NCBI GenBank assembly: GCA_001643675.2
Contig: LSRY02000053.1
Location: forward strand, 62,001 to 126,000
Direction: 5' to 3'
Source of the DNA: Monocercomonoides exilis PA203
Taxonomy: Eukaryota; Protista; Preaxostyla
Length of the DNA stretch: 64,000 nucleotides
The stretch's first letter is position 1, and the number at the start of each line of letters is the position of its first letter. The translations under genes were made by a program, and so were the position numbers. Positions 36,808-48,903 of the stretch are shown here, one piece after another. The notes beneath the pieces were generated by a model, which was given only the letters and a program-made list of their open reading frames with translations, did no database searches and was not told where the DNA came from.

Positions 36808-39800
36808 GAGATTTCATTTTCACAAACAGTTCAGCAACAACACAAGGATCCAAACATCCAATTTCAAGGAGCTCCTTACAGTTTTATTGGCTCTCAACAA
36901 TTTTTCATCACAAATCACTCGCAACCATATGTTCAAGATCCTTCTCCACTCCGAAAATACCAGTGAGGTATTCAACATCAACAGGTAGGGTGCGGGACCC
37001 AACCTCCTGCCTTTATTGAGAAAGATCAGGACCATATGTTAGTCGATGAAATTGATGATGACACAATCCACATTCCAAGGGAGAAAAACACAACAGCAGA
37101 CGCATTGTCCAGGTTAGAGGTCGTAGGAGATTATATGATAAGGAGTCAATATCTGAATGAAGCTGAGAGGGCTCTCGGAGTGATAGCAGAGATAAACGGT
37201 TTCGCAAACGAAGGAAACAAGAGGATGGAGACTAGGCATGGTGCAGGAAGTCTGTTCACTCAATATGGTCTCACCGCAGATTGGACAATGAACACAACGC
37301 TCATTCATCCCCCGATTCCGTTAATTCTTCCGAGTCTCAAGAAATCAAAAGCAGAGATAACGAGAGCAATCATTCTTCTTCAGAGATGGAAGAACAAGAT
37401 ATGGAGCAACTTGCTGGAAGAGATGATGTGTGAATATTACGTTTGGAGGAACTCGAAAGCGGTTTTAATCCCGGGAGCAGGCCTGATGAGAACTGATGTG
37501 GTGCTGCCTCCAGGGTGATACGAGGCAGTAACAATCAATTTGTGAGAGAAGTTGGAGAAGAATGGTGGTGGAAAAGCCTCAGGATCTGCGGAGTCCCGGA
37601 TAGGATCATTTCCGTAACGAAGGAGAGCATAGCAAAGTCCACATGGACTCAATACACCTTTGGCTTTGCACACTTCAGCAGAGAATGGGAAGAGTTGAAA
37701 CTGGTTCCGTTCACGAAATATTTCGATGAATGATCAATGGATTGCGCAAATTGTCTTCTATCCATGAGAGACAAATGTGGTAAACATTTATGCCTGTGTG
37801 CCACAATGTCAGCGATTTCACTCTTTTCCAAGACGGTATATGGTTAGGACTTGAGTAAGGTTAGTTTTATAAGTACAATATTCAGATCGTTTTCATTTTC
37901 CCAAACTCATTGAAAGCCGAACACAAAGATGTGGAGCCCTGACATCGTGCTGTCGTATTTCGAGAACAACGGGCTGAGCGAGCATCTTTCTTTTTTTGAC
38001 CTGACAGTGAAGTGCATTTTGCCAGTTATGCTGCTTACTTCATGTAGATTCCATGAGCTTGAGCAGATATTTGTGGTCAATTCCATATTTGAAGATGAAG
38101 TGATCTATTTGTCCACAAGACTCAAGACTTCCAGATCCAGAGAATACGTAACGGTTCCATGCCTAGAGGAGGATCACAAGCGAATATGTCAGGCAAGAGC
38201 TATTTACGTTTTTTGGGATTGAGAAAAAGCATCGAACAAAAGTTAAAATTGTCGCTTCCTCCTCAATACAACTCACCATACACCGTAAACAGTTATGGAA
38301 ATAAGAACGATTGTCAGAATGGGAATGCTGAAAGCAGGGGTATCTGAGGAATACTGGACATCCACATAATAAAGCACTCATCAATATGCAAGCTAGCTTC
38401 AAGCGAGATGCCGGAGGTCTGAATCGCCAAGCACGAGCATCTTTCGACAACTTCTCACACGCTATCCAGATCATTCTACAAAGCGAACCTGGCAAACCGG
38501 ATGGCCCGCGCACTCCTGGCACCAGAGGAAGATAGCTCCCAACAAGATGAAAACACAGTTGTTTAGAAGAGCCGCATTGCAAAACAGATAGAGGGCATTC
38601 CATTCTGTGCCACTCAGCAAACAACTACCATGATGTTTGGTCTTCCTCCGCTTCAACCACTTAATCACGCGGATACAACAGCAGAACCTTTCACGACACA
38701 AGCGCCTTCCCCAAATCTTCCATCAAAGCAAACTTTTCACGCGACACAGCCTAATCAAACGATAATACTTCCGACGAGTGTTGAAGAGCCAGAGGACAAT
38801 AATACTGGAAAGAGGAAGGAACCAGAGAATACCAGAGAAGAACCAGAGATAGAAAGGACTGATATAGGCACTGAAATATGTAAAAGCAAAGATTTGCCCA
38901 ACAAAGAACACTCCCTTAATAAAGAGGTGTTGTAGATAACGGTTTTTCTCTAGAATAAAGGGACTCTGTACTTTAATTCGCGGAGAAAAATCTATCCACA
39001 ACACCTCTTTTCCCTCCCAGAGCGTAGCTCCTCCCTCCGCTTCACACTTCGTGTTTTAAATAAATTATGTTCCACCGAACGGACGTTGAACAATCATTCC
39101 CGTTTTTTCCCAAGCCAAGACCTTTAATTAATAATTCACAACCTGGAATAATGCAAGAGATATTCAAGGAGAAAGAAAGACGATGAAATAAATTGAGTCA
39201 AAAAAACACAGATATCATTGATAAAATCTACAGACGAAGCCAAAGATAAAGCCACATCAGAGTAATACCAAGAATTAATACAGCTAGACTATACCAAAAG
39301 CCGATGCTGATAGCCGCGTGCGATTACCGAGGCTTTAATCGAGCTCCGTTTACCAAATGCCAAAACAACGTCCCAAGCCGAGCCTAAGACAACCGCCAAA
39401 CGCTGCAACGCCTCAGAATGCCATTCGGCACAGAATACATTTATTGTTTTGTTATTTAAACGCTTCATCCATTTGAACACATCACTTTTGTGACCGGCTG
39501 AGCCCATAATGCAGAGCTCACTCCATTAATAAAGAGGTGTTGTGGATAGATTTTTCTCCGCGAATATAATGAGCACCCATTACACTTATGTTAAGAAAAA
39601 ATTTTTTTTCGGAGAGGAATTCGAGGTTTCAACTCGTACAATGAGACATTTGATCTTTCATGTCCATGAGCATTTTCTGAATAAATAAATCAGCATTATT
39701 TTCTTAAAATAAAAATGATATATTTTTTCTCTTTTTCTTATCCATATTTTTTTCATGAAAGGCAAAAATTGAATTTGGTGTTTCTTTAATTGATATGCTG

Positions 39801-40769
39801 CCATAAATGAAATGAGGAATGATGTGTTCTTCAGTGGCAATGCAATCACTCAATCTCCATTCGAGGATTGTGGATCAGCAACCCCAACAAAAAGAGTCTG
39901 GAATGTCAGAACATCTGCAAAAGGGATTGTCAAACATTGCCCTCTTTCATCGCTTTTCCCCTTTTTTCCTTCAATAAAATTCCACATTCAATCTTCCTCT
40001 TTCGTTTCTTCTAATTCCTTATGTTTCCGCTCTGTTTCATCTTATTCCTCCTTTCATTAAGTTTTATTGACATTCTCCACTTCCATCTCCTGGTTCTCAG
40101 AAATCCTATTCTTTATTTCTTCTTTCTGCTTTTGTCTGCCACATTCCTTCATTATTAACTTCATGACTTCATTTGGTTTCTCTTCATTCTCTCTTTTCTT
40201 TTCATCTTCCTCCTTCTTTCTCTTCTTTGTTTGCTTCATCCAATCAATGTGTTTCCTATCATCGACAAAATCTCTTCAATCCTTTCAGACAACATCTCCG
40301 TTCATTACACACTGGATAATCAGGAACTTCTTTCTCGTCTCGCTCTTCATTCACATTTCTTCTTCTTCTTCTTCTTCTTCATTTTCTTAACTGTTGTTGT
40401 TGAAGAAGTTGGCTGAACTGGATAGATGATGCGAATTGCTATTTGAAGAAGAAGAAGACGAAGAAGACGAAGAATACGAAGAAGACGAATTCGCTGATGA
40501 TAAAGTCAAAAGAATTGATGGAAAAGAAGATGTTGATCAATCTCAAGGCAATGATAAGATCGTTTTCGCAAGCAGAAGCCCTCGACTATCTTTATTTCTT
40601 CTGCTTTCTTCTCTCTCCTTCACTCCCCCAAAAGCATCTGCCTCTCTTTGTGTTCATCCCAAGCAAATAACTCCATTCAATCAAAATGGCCTTCTGTTTG
40701 TTTTCCCAATCAAGCAAGACACTTTCCTCATTTCATTGTCTAGCAAGCCTTTCATCTTCCAAATGAACA

Positions 40770-41270
40770 GAGATAAATGTTGAGCATTCAATAACATATC
40801 CATTTTTTTTTCACTCTTGAGATTGGATTCTATTGCATCCCATTTGTTCTGTGATTATGCTCGCAGGCTGATATTAACTTGCCCATGAATTGGTTCTGTT
40901 GATTTTTCATCTGCGACCTTTGCAGATATTCAGATGAAATGAATGAAGCTGCTTCTTCGAAGAAATAAATGATATCATTGAAGATTGCTGTGTGTTGTCT
41001 GATCATATGCAAACTGTTTTGTTGGAAGGAAAAGAGGAACGTGCATTCAATGGCAGAAGCAGCCAGAAGCAATGGCCGACAAGCACGATGAGTGTGAGTG
41101 CATTCACAAGCGACTGAAGATTGTTGTGGATGGAATTGATGAGAAGCTGCAAGAAGAAACAGTTTTTGAGTGAAGTTTCATAACAGTTTGAAAACAAATC
41201 AAAAAATAGAAAAAGAAGAGAAAGAAAGCAGAAAAAGAAATAAAAGATGAAAAAAAATGCATTTATAAAT
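40770..41270 (-). pseudogene. Decayed helical-repeat-family gene fragment
   Basis: Adjacent broken ORFs 41003-41197 and 40830-41072. Confidence 0.3.
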
Positions 41271-41714
41271 GAGACAATACCTCTTTTTTAAAACAAGCTC
41301 GTCTTCTCGCCTCTCAAATTGAAGTTGCTTTCCTTTGATAATCTCTTCACAGCTGTTTGTTTGTTTTTTTTCAAAAAAGTTAAAAGATCGGTAACGTTTA
41401 AAAAAAAGAAAAAGAAAGTTAGAAAGAAAAGAAAAAAGAAAAAGAAAAAAATGAAAGAAAGAAAAAACAATAAAAACAATAAAAACAAAAAAAAAAAAAA
41501 GAGTTCAAATGAGAAGAAGAAGAAGAAGAAATGGTTGAGAAATGCAAAATCAGTCGAATGATATTAATGAAGCTGAGAAAAATTTGTGTGAAGTGGTCGA
41601 TTGGACCATATATAAAATTCGAAAAGTTGATTTGAGAAAAAGACAATTATCGTAATCACAATATTTGCGGCAAACAGACTGAAATTAATTAATGAAAAAT
41701 ATTATCATCAGTTC

Positions 41715-42773
41715 ATTGGCTGTCTTTTTGCGATTTCCCCTCCTTTCCCCTCAAAAACAGAAAATGTTAATATCCCTCTATTTATTTTCCTTTCTATTTT
41801 TCCTCTTCCATTCAGCACACTAACTTCTCAGAAAATGTCAATCCCTTCCTTTTCTTCATCTTTCCCTGTCTCTTCCATAAAATCTTCTCCTCTCATAAAA
41901 GTTACCCCTCTTCCAATCAAACACTTCAGAATATTCATCTTCTTTCCCGCCTTTGCCCTCTTTTCTTTCTTTTCAAAATCCATTTCTCCAATCACCAATC
42001 AGTCCTCTTTCATCATCCTCAGCCACTTCTCTATGTATTTACTACATTTTCCCCTCCAAATCTCCACCCACTCTTCCCCACCCCTTTGTCTCAGAATTTC
42101 TTTCATTCAAAAGCCCCTCTTGAAATATTAACATTCCATAAAATACTCAACCCCTACTCCCTGCCACAAATAATCCTCTTCCATCTCTTCTCTGCTCCAT
42201 ATCCCTTCTGTGCCCGGTGTTGATGAGATAGACATCAAATACTTTTTTGTATCGTTGAGAATATTATTAAAGGAGATGATCATGCCAAAAACAGAAAAAA
42301 CACATCCTGACAGGCATCACAATGTGTACGGGCTGAGAAGACCCTCCAGTGGTATATTCAATGTATTTTGTAGAGATGCATTCAGTGCTGCAATTTGACC
42401 ATTCTGAGACTGAAATAAAGAGATTGATTTATTTTTTGAATGGTGATGGCTGTCGAGATATGCATTCTGGCAAAAAACAGTCGAAGAGCAGTTTGGTATT
42501 ATTTTATTTTTATTTATATGAATATTTATCTGTTGAATGTTTTTGTGTTGTTTTCAGGGCAGTAAGTGGAAAAGAATGAAAATGAATGAAGGCGGGATAT
42601 CTCATTGTGCAGGCTGACCATCGAGTTGAGCCAGCGAATTCATACGAAAAGTGCCCAGGGTGAAGGATTGGGAAGAGAATTGGAGATGATATTTTCAGAC
42701 GAGAAAAAGGATTATTTTCAATGAGAAAGATGAATTTGAGCAAAATGCATGAATTTTACATTTTTCAGAAGAG
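41715..42773 (-). repeat. Inverted copy of the 14700-15760 repeat
   Basis: Reverse-complement alignment; ~300 bp nearly identical, the rest diverged. Confidence 0.9.
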
Positions 42774-44981
42774 AGGGAAATCGATGCTATTGATGGGGAA
42801 ATGACTTCAAGAAAGGACTGTTTGCGAATCAGATGATGAAATATTTGAAAATGGAAGGAATAAAGAATTTTTATTGGAGGGAAACAGTAGCAAATAGAAT
42901 ATAAAACAGAAAATTGCATATTAAAATGTTTAGAAGGTTTGTTGATATATTTTTTTTTCAAGTGATAATTGTTTTTTTTTTTCATTTAGACTGTAAAAAG
43001 AGCTCGGGATTTGCTGGCTTTGAAGAAGAAGAAGAAGAAAAGCAAGGAAGAAAAATGAAATGAAGATTGATGAAATTCAAGATATATCAAAGATGCCTTC
43101 CATTGGGCTTTGACAAAGAATTATTTTTGAGGAAAGAAGATTTTTTTGTGAAATAAGGGAAACGAAAAATTGAAAGAAATGGAATGAAAAAGGGATAGCT
43201 CAATATTTCATTTTTTTTTTGTTGGAGAGAGAGAAAAAGATTGAGCTGAAAGTGAAAAGAATTCAGAGGCTATTGTTTGCAAGAAGAAAAAGGAACATAA
43301 GAAGAGAATTTCAATGAATTTCAACTTTGATATTCATTGACTCTTATCTTTCAATTTTCAACAATTAATCATCTTATTCGATTCTTTCATTATCATCATC
43401 ATCTTCTTCTTCCTCTTCCAAAACTCTAACAACGTATCACACAGCTTCTCCTACTTAATCATCATCCTCTTCGTCTGATTGGATTGCTTTGCATTTTGCA
43501 TCTGCATCAGAGATTTAATGAGAAATGAAGAAGAAATAAAGAAATTGGCTTGAGATTTGATAATTTATATGAAAATTGAAAAAGCATATTGTGGAGAATG
43601 GGAAATGAAGTCAGACAACAAAATTTACCAAAAACCACTGATGTTATTTTTCATCTTTTTGAAGCTTTATAGACTCAGATTCTGAGATAGGAATGGAATA
43701 TATTTTCGTATTTATTGAAGTATCTGCAAAGTGACTGGTGGCTGTTCATTTTTGCTTCACTCACAGAATATGAATTGATCATCTTATTTTCATATCATTT
43801 AATTCAACTGATATTGGACCAGATCGTTAATTCCTTCATCATCATCATCTCAAAAAAAAAAAAAAAAAAAAAAAGATTTTTCCTTCTTCCTCTCAATTGC
43901 CCTTTCGAGAGGATGGTGCTTGCCTTTCCCTTTTCTTCTACCACAGTGTCCAACCATTCCCAACGCATTCGCAATATTCCAATGGATATTCATTCTTTCA
44001 TTCATTCAATTATCACAAACGCACACAATTAGACATCCCATTCTTGCGGTTGCAAAATCTGATAAATACATCCATAACGCGATATGAAATAAAAATAGAA
44101 AAATTGATCAAAAAAAATTACATTCATTCTTCAAGTTCACATCGAATTATGTTGCAAGGGCTGAGCGGAAATTATTAGGCTTCACGAAATTCACTCTTTT
44201 GTCATTATTCACAATAAAGTTTATCATATTTATTCGTTAATCATTGATGGTATGAACGGAATTTTTATTTTTAAAAGCATTGAATATTTTTCATATTGAA
44301 TGAAAAAATAACTATTTTTGATAGAACGCAGTGAGCAGGGTTTGCTCCGAAATAATGAGTTTAATCTTAAATTATGGGTGGTTTAAGTGAAAAACTTCGC
44401 CCTCCCCAATGACGTGGAAAAAAGAGTGAGATGAAAAACAAAACAATAGCATTAAAATTTAATAATAATAAAATAAAATAATGCATTGTCCGCTTCACTT
44501 CACCACCGACTTCGCCTTTTGCCATGGTCTCGAAGACCAGAGGGCAGAGGGCATACCCCTCGGAGCTCCCTCCTGCAGGCTGTGCAGGGATCCTGTGAGG
44601 CGAAAATTAAAAACGGAGCAGAAAGAAAAACCACTCTCGCTTTCGCGAGGCGTGGAAAAGAAAACTGCGTGTATTATGCTCTGCCTCCCGCTCTTCTGCT
44701 GATCCAGCAGAGCCAATCCGCTCGCCACACTCTGTATGGACCAGTCTGACTCTTTTCTTTGCACTTTCTTGCCATGAATTAAAGGAGTAAGGTTCTTCTT
44801 AACGGTCTCACTAGCTTTCCTGTTTGTAAATACAGGTTCTGGGTGCGCTTAATATCCCTGGACGGTTTCTCTTTTCCTATCTCCTCTGCTATCTCGCCAC
44901 TTTTTCCTCGTCCTATTCTTCACCATATGTTTCTCTCTCATCTCGCACCCAGCCGCTCTGAGTCTCTCCATCCGCGTTAGT

Positions 44982-45080
44982 ATTATTTCGGAGCAAATCC
45001 TGTCTCACTGCGTTCTATCAATTCGCAATAGAGCGAATATCCGAACGCAAGGAGCAGGTTTGCTCCTCAATAATGAGTTT
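44982..45080 (-). repeat. DIRS internal complementary region (ICR)
   Basis: 45021-45080 is the exact reverse complement of 50293-50352. 44982-45020 is the near-exact reverse complement of 44319-44357. Confidence 0.95.
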
Positions 45081-45236
45081 TGAAATCCCTCGTTCTCTTC
45101 TCTCCTCTGATCTTAAACCCTCCTGCCTAGCACCTTGTCGTGCGGCGGATGAACAGAGGGACTGCGGATGAATGTGCGGCCCTTGTCTCCACTCCCTCCA
45201 TTTCTTGTGGTGTTTTCTGGAAGTCTTTGATCGGGT

Positions 45237-46652
45237 TTAAGATGTTTCTGCGGTCTTAACCATTTGTTCAATGCTTTTCTCTCCGCGTTTCCTCCGATTA
45301 GTTTCAAGCTTTTTCAGCAAGGCAGTCTGTCTGCCCTCCGTCAGCTCCATGATGCTGCGGGGAATAATGGAAGGTGTCTCATCACCCCTGGTGGGTTGTG
45401 TTATATCGTCCTCATGATGCGAACTCTTCTCTAGAGTCGACCCTCGTCTCTTCGAATTCTTTCTCTTGCTCGTCTCCGCTTCTCCCCCAGATTGTGATGT
45501 TTCTTCAGGATACTCCTTTGTTTCAGATTCTGTATTCTCATTTGAAATTTCTTTTCCTTTGCTGTCCTTCTCCGACTTTCCTCCCTTCTCTGCCAGGGGT
45601 ACTGGGCCACCGATTGTCTCCAGGATCCATCTCGTGTCCTGAACTGGTAACACGGTGTAATACTCCTGGGCTACTCTAGAGCCTGGCGCCCATCTCGCGT
45701 ACGCATTGATTGCTTTCCAATCTGCAGCTTGTTGTCTTGCTAAGTGCGTTATCACAGCGTGTCTTATCGAGTACGCGGTAAATGTGTCGGGTATTCCGTT
45801 CTCTCTCAGGACAGCTACTAGTTCTTCTTTAATCCTCTGCAAGTTTGCAGGTTGCCTCCCCCTGAGATCGAACCACACATGTTCGTCTCTAAAGGTTGTC
45901 TTTATATAATCCATCCAGCGTTGGAGCGCTACAACCGCATCGATACGTGGGTTTGGATGCTTATTTATAATAACCTTAACAGTCTCTCCCCCTGATGTTT
46001 TTGTTTGTACTTGTGTCTGGACTAAATCATCTCTAAGTATCGTTATCCCTCTTCTCATTCTCTCCAGCTCTGCTGGCCTTAGGGCACCAAATATCAAAGT
46101 TAAAATGAGAGCTCTCCTTTGGAGGGTCTGTGGGTCTTTCATATCGTGAGTGGCTTCTTCCCATTTCGTGATGATTGTCAAGTCCCACATCGATTTGTAT
46201 CGATTGCCTCTTCTTGGTTTCTCCCCCACATAGGTTTTTTGAAATATCTCTATGTCTTTCACGTCAACCTTAGTCTTTCTGAAGAGGTTAATAGAATCCA
46301 GCACTTTCCGTTCTGTCTGATTTATCACTCCGCTTGAGAGGTTTGTATTCGAGAGTGTTTCGATGAACTCTGCCATAATCCATTTTGCATCTTTCGTTGT
46401 GAGGGGGTCAGTGTCATCCATGCTCTCTCTATCTAGAAATTGCTTGAATCTTCGCAGCGCTCTCCACGTATCTCTCTCACTCTTCTGATTTCTAAGTATT
46501 GCTGCTGCTATGTCTTTTGCTCCAACGTGTTCTCCCCATGTTAAGAAGAGGTCTCTCCCTTGAATATTCTCTTCTCCGGTATAACGCTTATTACCTCTCC
46601 TGGGGGTAATTTCTAGCCTTCCCTTCTCATCTTCGTTCCCGGTATCATGCAC
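45237..46652 (-). CDS. DIRS tyrosine recombinase
   Basis: GALRPAEL (R), QTKT (K), YSIRHA (HxxR box with Y in place of H), YARW (W), QEYY (catalytic Y). Confidence 0.92.
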   Translation of the reverse strand: MHDTGNEDEKGRLEITPRRGNKRYTGEENIQGRDLFLTWGEHVGAKDIAAAILRNQKSERDTWRALRRFKQFLDRESMDDTDPLTTKDAKWIMAEFIETLSNTNLSSGVINQTERKVLDSINLFRKTKVDVKDIEIFQKTYVGEKPRRGNRYKSMWDLTIITKWEEATHDMKDPQTLQRRALILTLIFGALRPAELERMRRGITILRDDLVQTQVQTKTSGGETVKVIINKHPNPRIDAVVALQRWMDYIKTTFRDEHVWFDLRGRQPANLQRIKEELVAVLRENGIPDTFTAYSIRHAVITHLARQQAADWKAINAYARWAPGSRVAQEYYTVLPVQDTRWILETIGGPVPLAEKGGKSEKDSKGKEISNENTESETKEYPEETSQSGGEAETSKRKNSKRRGSTLEKSSHHEDDITQPTRGDETPSIIPRSIMELTEGRQTALLKKLETNRRKRGEKSIEQMVKTAETS

Positions 46653-46873
46653 TCCTGAATGGTCCCCAGGGTCTTTGTCAAATGCCCATGCTGCAGCAGC
46701 GGGGTCCAGGTCTGCCCCCGCCAGGCTGGTAGAATCAGAATCGTCAGATCCCTCTGAGCTTCCTTCATCTTCTCCTTCAGGGTCCGTCCAATGTTTCTCA
46801 GGAACGAATGGACTAGCACTATCTCATTTCCTTGCATTTCTCTCTCTTCCTTCTCAGAGAGGATAGTCTCCAA
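46613..46873 (-). CDS. Degenerate DIRS methyltransferase-like C-terminal domain, out of frame with RT-RH
   Basis: IVLVH..ILILPAWRGQTWTPLL matches the P.W..Q.W.P.L pattern found after RNase H in DIRS elements. Confidence 0.6.
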   Translation of the reverse strand: METILSEKEEREMQGNEIVLVHSFLRNIGRTLKEKMKEAQRDLTILILPAWRGQTWTPLLQHGHLTKTLGTIQECMIPGTKMRREG

Positions 46874-48903
46874 GTATTTCCGCAGGGCACCTGCGCAATC
46901 GGTTCTAAAATTGTCTCTTGTATTCTCGGTGCAATATCTTTAAATATCTCTGCAACTTTCTCCCAACTCAGTGCATAGTCCGGCTTCTTCGCCATCCGGC
47001 TGAGTGCATCTGCTTCCATGTTCTGCTCTTCCGGGAGATGTTCCGTCTGTATCGTAATGCCCAGGCTGTTCAGTTTCTTCTCCAATGCTCTCAGTGTTGG
47101 AATGAGCGATGGAGCTCCACTCTTCTTCTGTATTGTCCATCTTGTGGACATATTGTCTGTCCTCAGACGAATATGGTCTATCTTCTGCTGTTGCAGCCAT
47201 GCTCCTTTTCTTTCTAAAGTCCTCAACACTGCTCTGGACTCCTTTTCGTTTATCGCTAACGCACTCTCCTGGAGGGTCCAACTCCCATGGACATATATCT
47301 TCTCCTCTTTGTTCTTTGTTGGTATTGTTAATACTGCACCCCATCCCAGCTCTGAAGCGTCCGTCGTTAGCTCTGCTGGTCTGTTCCTTCTCCTCAGACT
47401 CCTTGGTCTGTTCTCTCGCAGGGTTTTCCTCCAATGTGTTAATTCTCCTAACATCATTGGATTGACTATCACAGTTCCGTTCCAGCCCCCTCGGGCTATT
47501 GCCTGCCTCAGTACGTATTGCATGCGCTTCATCCACAAGCTCGCTGGTGGGTGTTGTAACCTCACAAAATTCAACCTCCCGAGGAGTGCTGCTAAGTCCC
47601 TCGTCTTTTGTCTCCTCCTTTTCTTTGCATGTGCTAACCATTTCCTCACATCCTCCAGGAGCAGCACTCTCTTCCTCTCTTGGAGCGTCACTTCCATCTT
47701 CTCTGAGTTCCAACTCCATCCCAAAAACTCCAAACTCCTTGCGGGTTCTAGCTTCAGCTTCTCCTCCGACAGTATCCAGCCCAGATTTCTCAGGAACTGG
47801 GCTATCTCCTGTGAGATCGATCTCAATGCATCCCTGTCTGGGTGCATGAGGAGGATGTCGTCCAGATATATCACCAGCTTTACCTTCCAATGTTCTCTGA
47901 TATATGACGCTGCTCGTCTCATTATCTTCGTGAATACTCTGGGCGCGTCCTTTGCTCCAAATGGCATCCCCACGTAAGCGTAGCATTGATTCTGAAAGCT
48001 GAAGCACAGATAGAGACTGAATTGCTCGTCCATTTTGACATGTTGATAAGCACTCGATATGTCGAGCGTAGTCATCCAATCGTTCTCCTCCAGGAGTTCC
48101 ACAACTGTCTCCTGGGAATCCATCTTGAAGTGTTTCCCTAGCACTTCCTCGTTTAAAATTCTGCAATCCAGAATCTTCCTCCACTTTCTGTTCTTCTTCC
48201 GGACCATAAATGTCGGATTGAACCACTTCACCTCCGACTCCTGTATGGGTTTCACCACTCCAACCTTCAATTCCTCCTCTAAGAGGGATAAATAATTGTT
48301 TGTTATCTCTGTTGTTCCCCGAAACTCCTGTCTGTGTTTTCTCTCCTCGAGTGAGATTGGGGATTGGGGATCTTTCCATCGAGCTTTTATACCACGGCTC
48401 ACAAGTTTGTCTCCCCCAATCTTCCTCCACTCGCTCAGCCTGTTCACCAGTCTCCCAGGAAGTGGCTCCTTCGGTGGTCCCACTGCTACGCAACTCCCCA
48501 CTTCTGGTGTCCTTTGACCAGTCTGGATCTGTGCGGTCTCTTTCCCTTCGAGAGTATCTGCAGTAGCTATCTTCCAGCTCTCCTCCTGGACGCTCCCAAT
48601 TGGGGACTCGATAACAGTCCCAGAAGCTCTCCAGACTCTCTTCACTACCTCCCTCTCGGGTTCCTGATCGTTCACCTGTTCTGTCCCTTGGGGATATACG
48701 GAGTCTTCCTCTGTGTCCTCTCTCCCTGTTCTCATCTCGCGATCGATCGAGCTTTCTATCTCTATCCTCTTCTTTCGGTCGGAAGGGCTCAGTGCCTCTT
48801 CGTTGCTCTCGCAGACTTCCAAGGGTTCCTCCCCTGTGATTGTCTGTCGAACGATTGGGACCTCCCGTAGTACTGTCATTCCCTTGAGCTCTGACAGCAT
48901 CAT
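46819..48903 (-). CDS. DIRS reverse transcriptase-RNase H
   Basis: KWRKILDCR, DISSAY, MPFG, YLDD, FLGW; RNase H TTDASELGWG, INEKE, TDN, ADALSR. Confidence 0.96.
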   Translation of the reverse strand: MMLSELKGMTVLREVPIVRQTITGEEPLEVCESNEEALSPSDRKKRIEIESSIDREMRTGREDTEEDSVYPQGTEQVNDQEPEREVVKRVWRASGTVIESPIGSVQEESWKIATADTLEGKETAQIQTGQRTPEVGSCVAVGPPKEPLPGRLVNRLSEWRKIGGDKLVSRGIKARWKDPQSPISLEERKHRQEFRGTTEITNNYLSLLEEELKVGVVKPIQESEVKWFNPTFMVRKKNRKWRKILDCRILNEEVLGKHFKMDSQETVVELLEENDWMTTLDISSAYQHVKMDEQFSLYLCFSFQNQCYAYVGMPFGAKDAPRVFTKIMRRAASYIREHWKVKLVIYLDDILLMHPDRDALRSISQEIAQFLRNLGWILSEEKLKLEPARSLEFLGWSWNSEKMEVTLQERKRVLLLEDVRKWLAHAKKRRRQKTRDLAALLGRLNFVRLQHPPASLWMKRMQYVLRQAIARGGWNGTVIVNPMMLGELTHWRKTLRENRPRSLRRRNRPAELTTDASELGWGAVLTIPTKNKEEKIYVHGSWTLQESALAINEKESRAVLRTLERKGAWLQQQKIDHIRLRTDNMSTRWTIQKKSGAPSLIPTLRALEKKLNSLGITIQTEHLPEEQNMEADALSRMAKKPDYALSWEKVAEIFKDIAPRIQETILEPIAQVPCGNTWRLSSLRRKREKCKEMR

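Larger units (their letters stand above)
32720..39565 (+). mobile_element. Decayed, 5'-truncated DIRS-like retrotransposon (second family), interrupted by the element at 33232-36807
   Basis: RT thumb/connection FISLGWTW..FIGQL..TTDASPWACGA (32751-33231). RNase H continues SNFKELL..ADALSR (36816-37115). MT-like IHPPIPLI..W..KIW. YR remnant MWSPDIVL..SCRFHEL..RLKT (37929-38222). ICR 38910-39010 has a 35-bp perfect inverted match to the right ITR at 39531-39565. Confidence 0.85.

Noticed and set aside
47018-47977. 319-aa plus-strand ORF and other antisense ORFs over the DIRS
   Set aside because: Antisense shadows of a GC-richer dual-coding region; no motifs.
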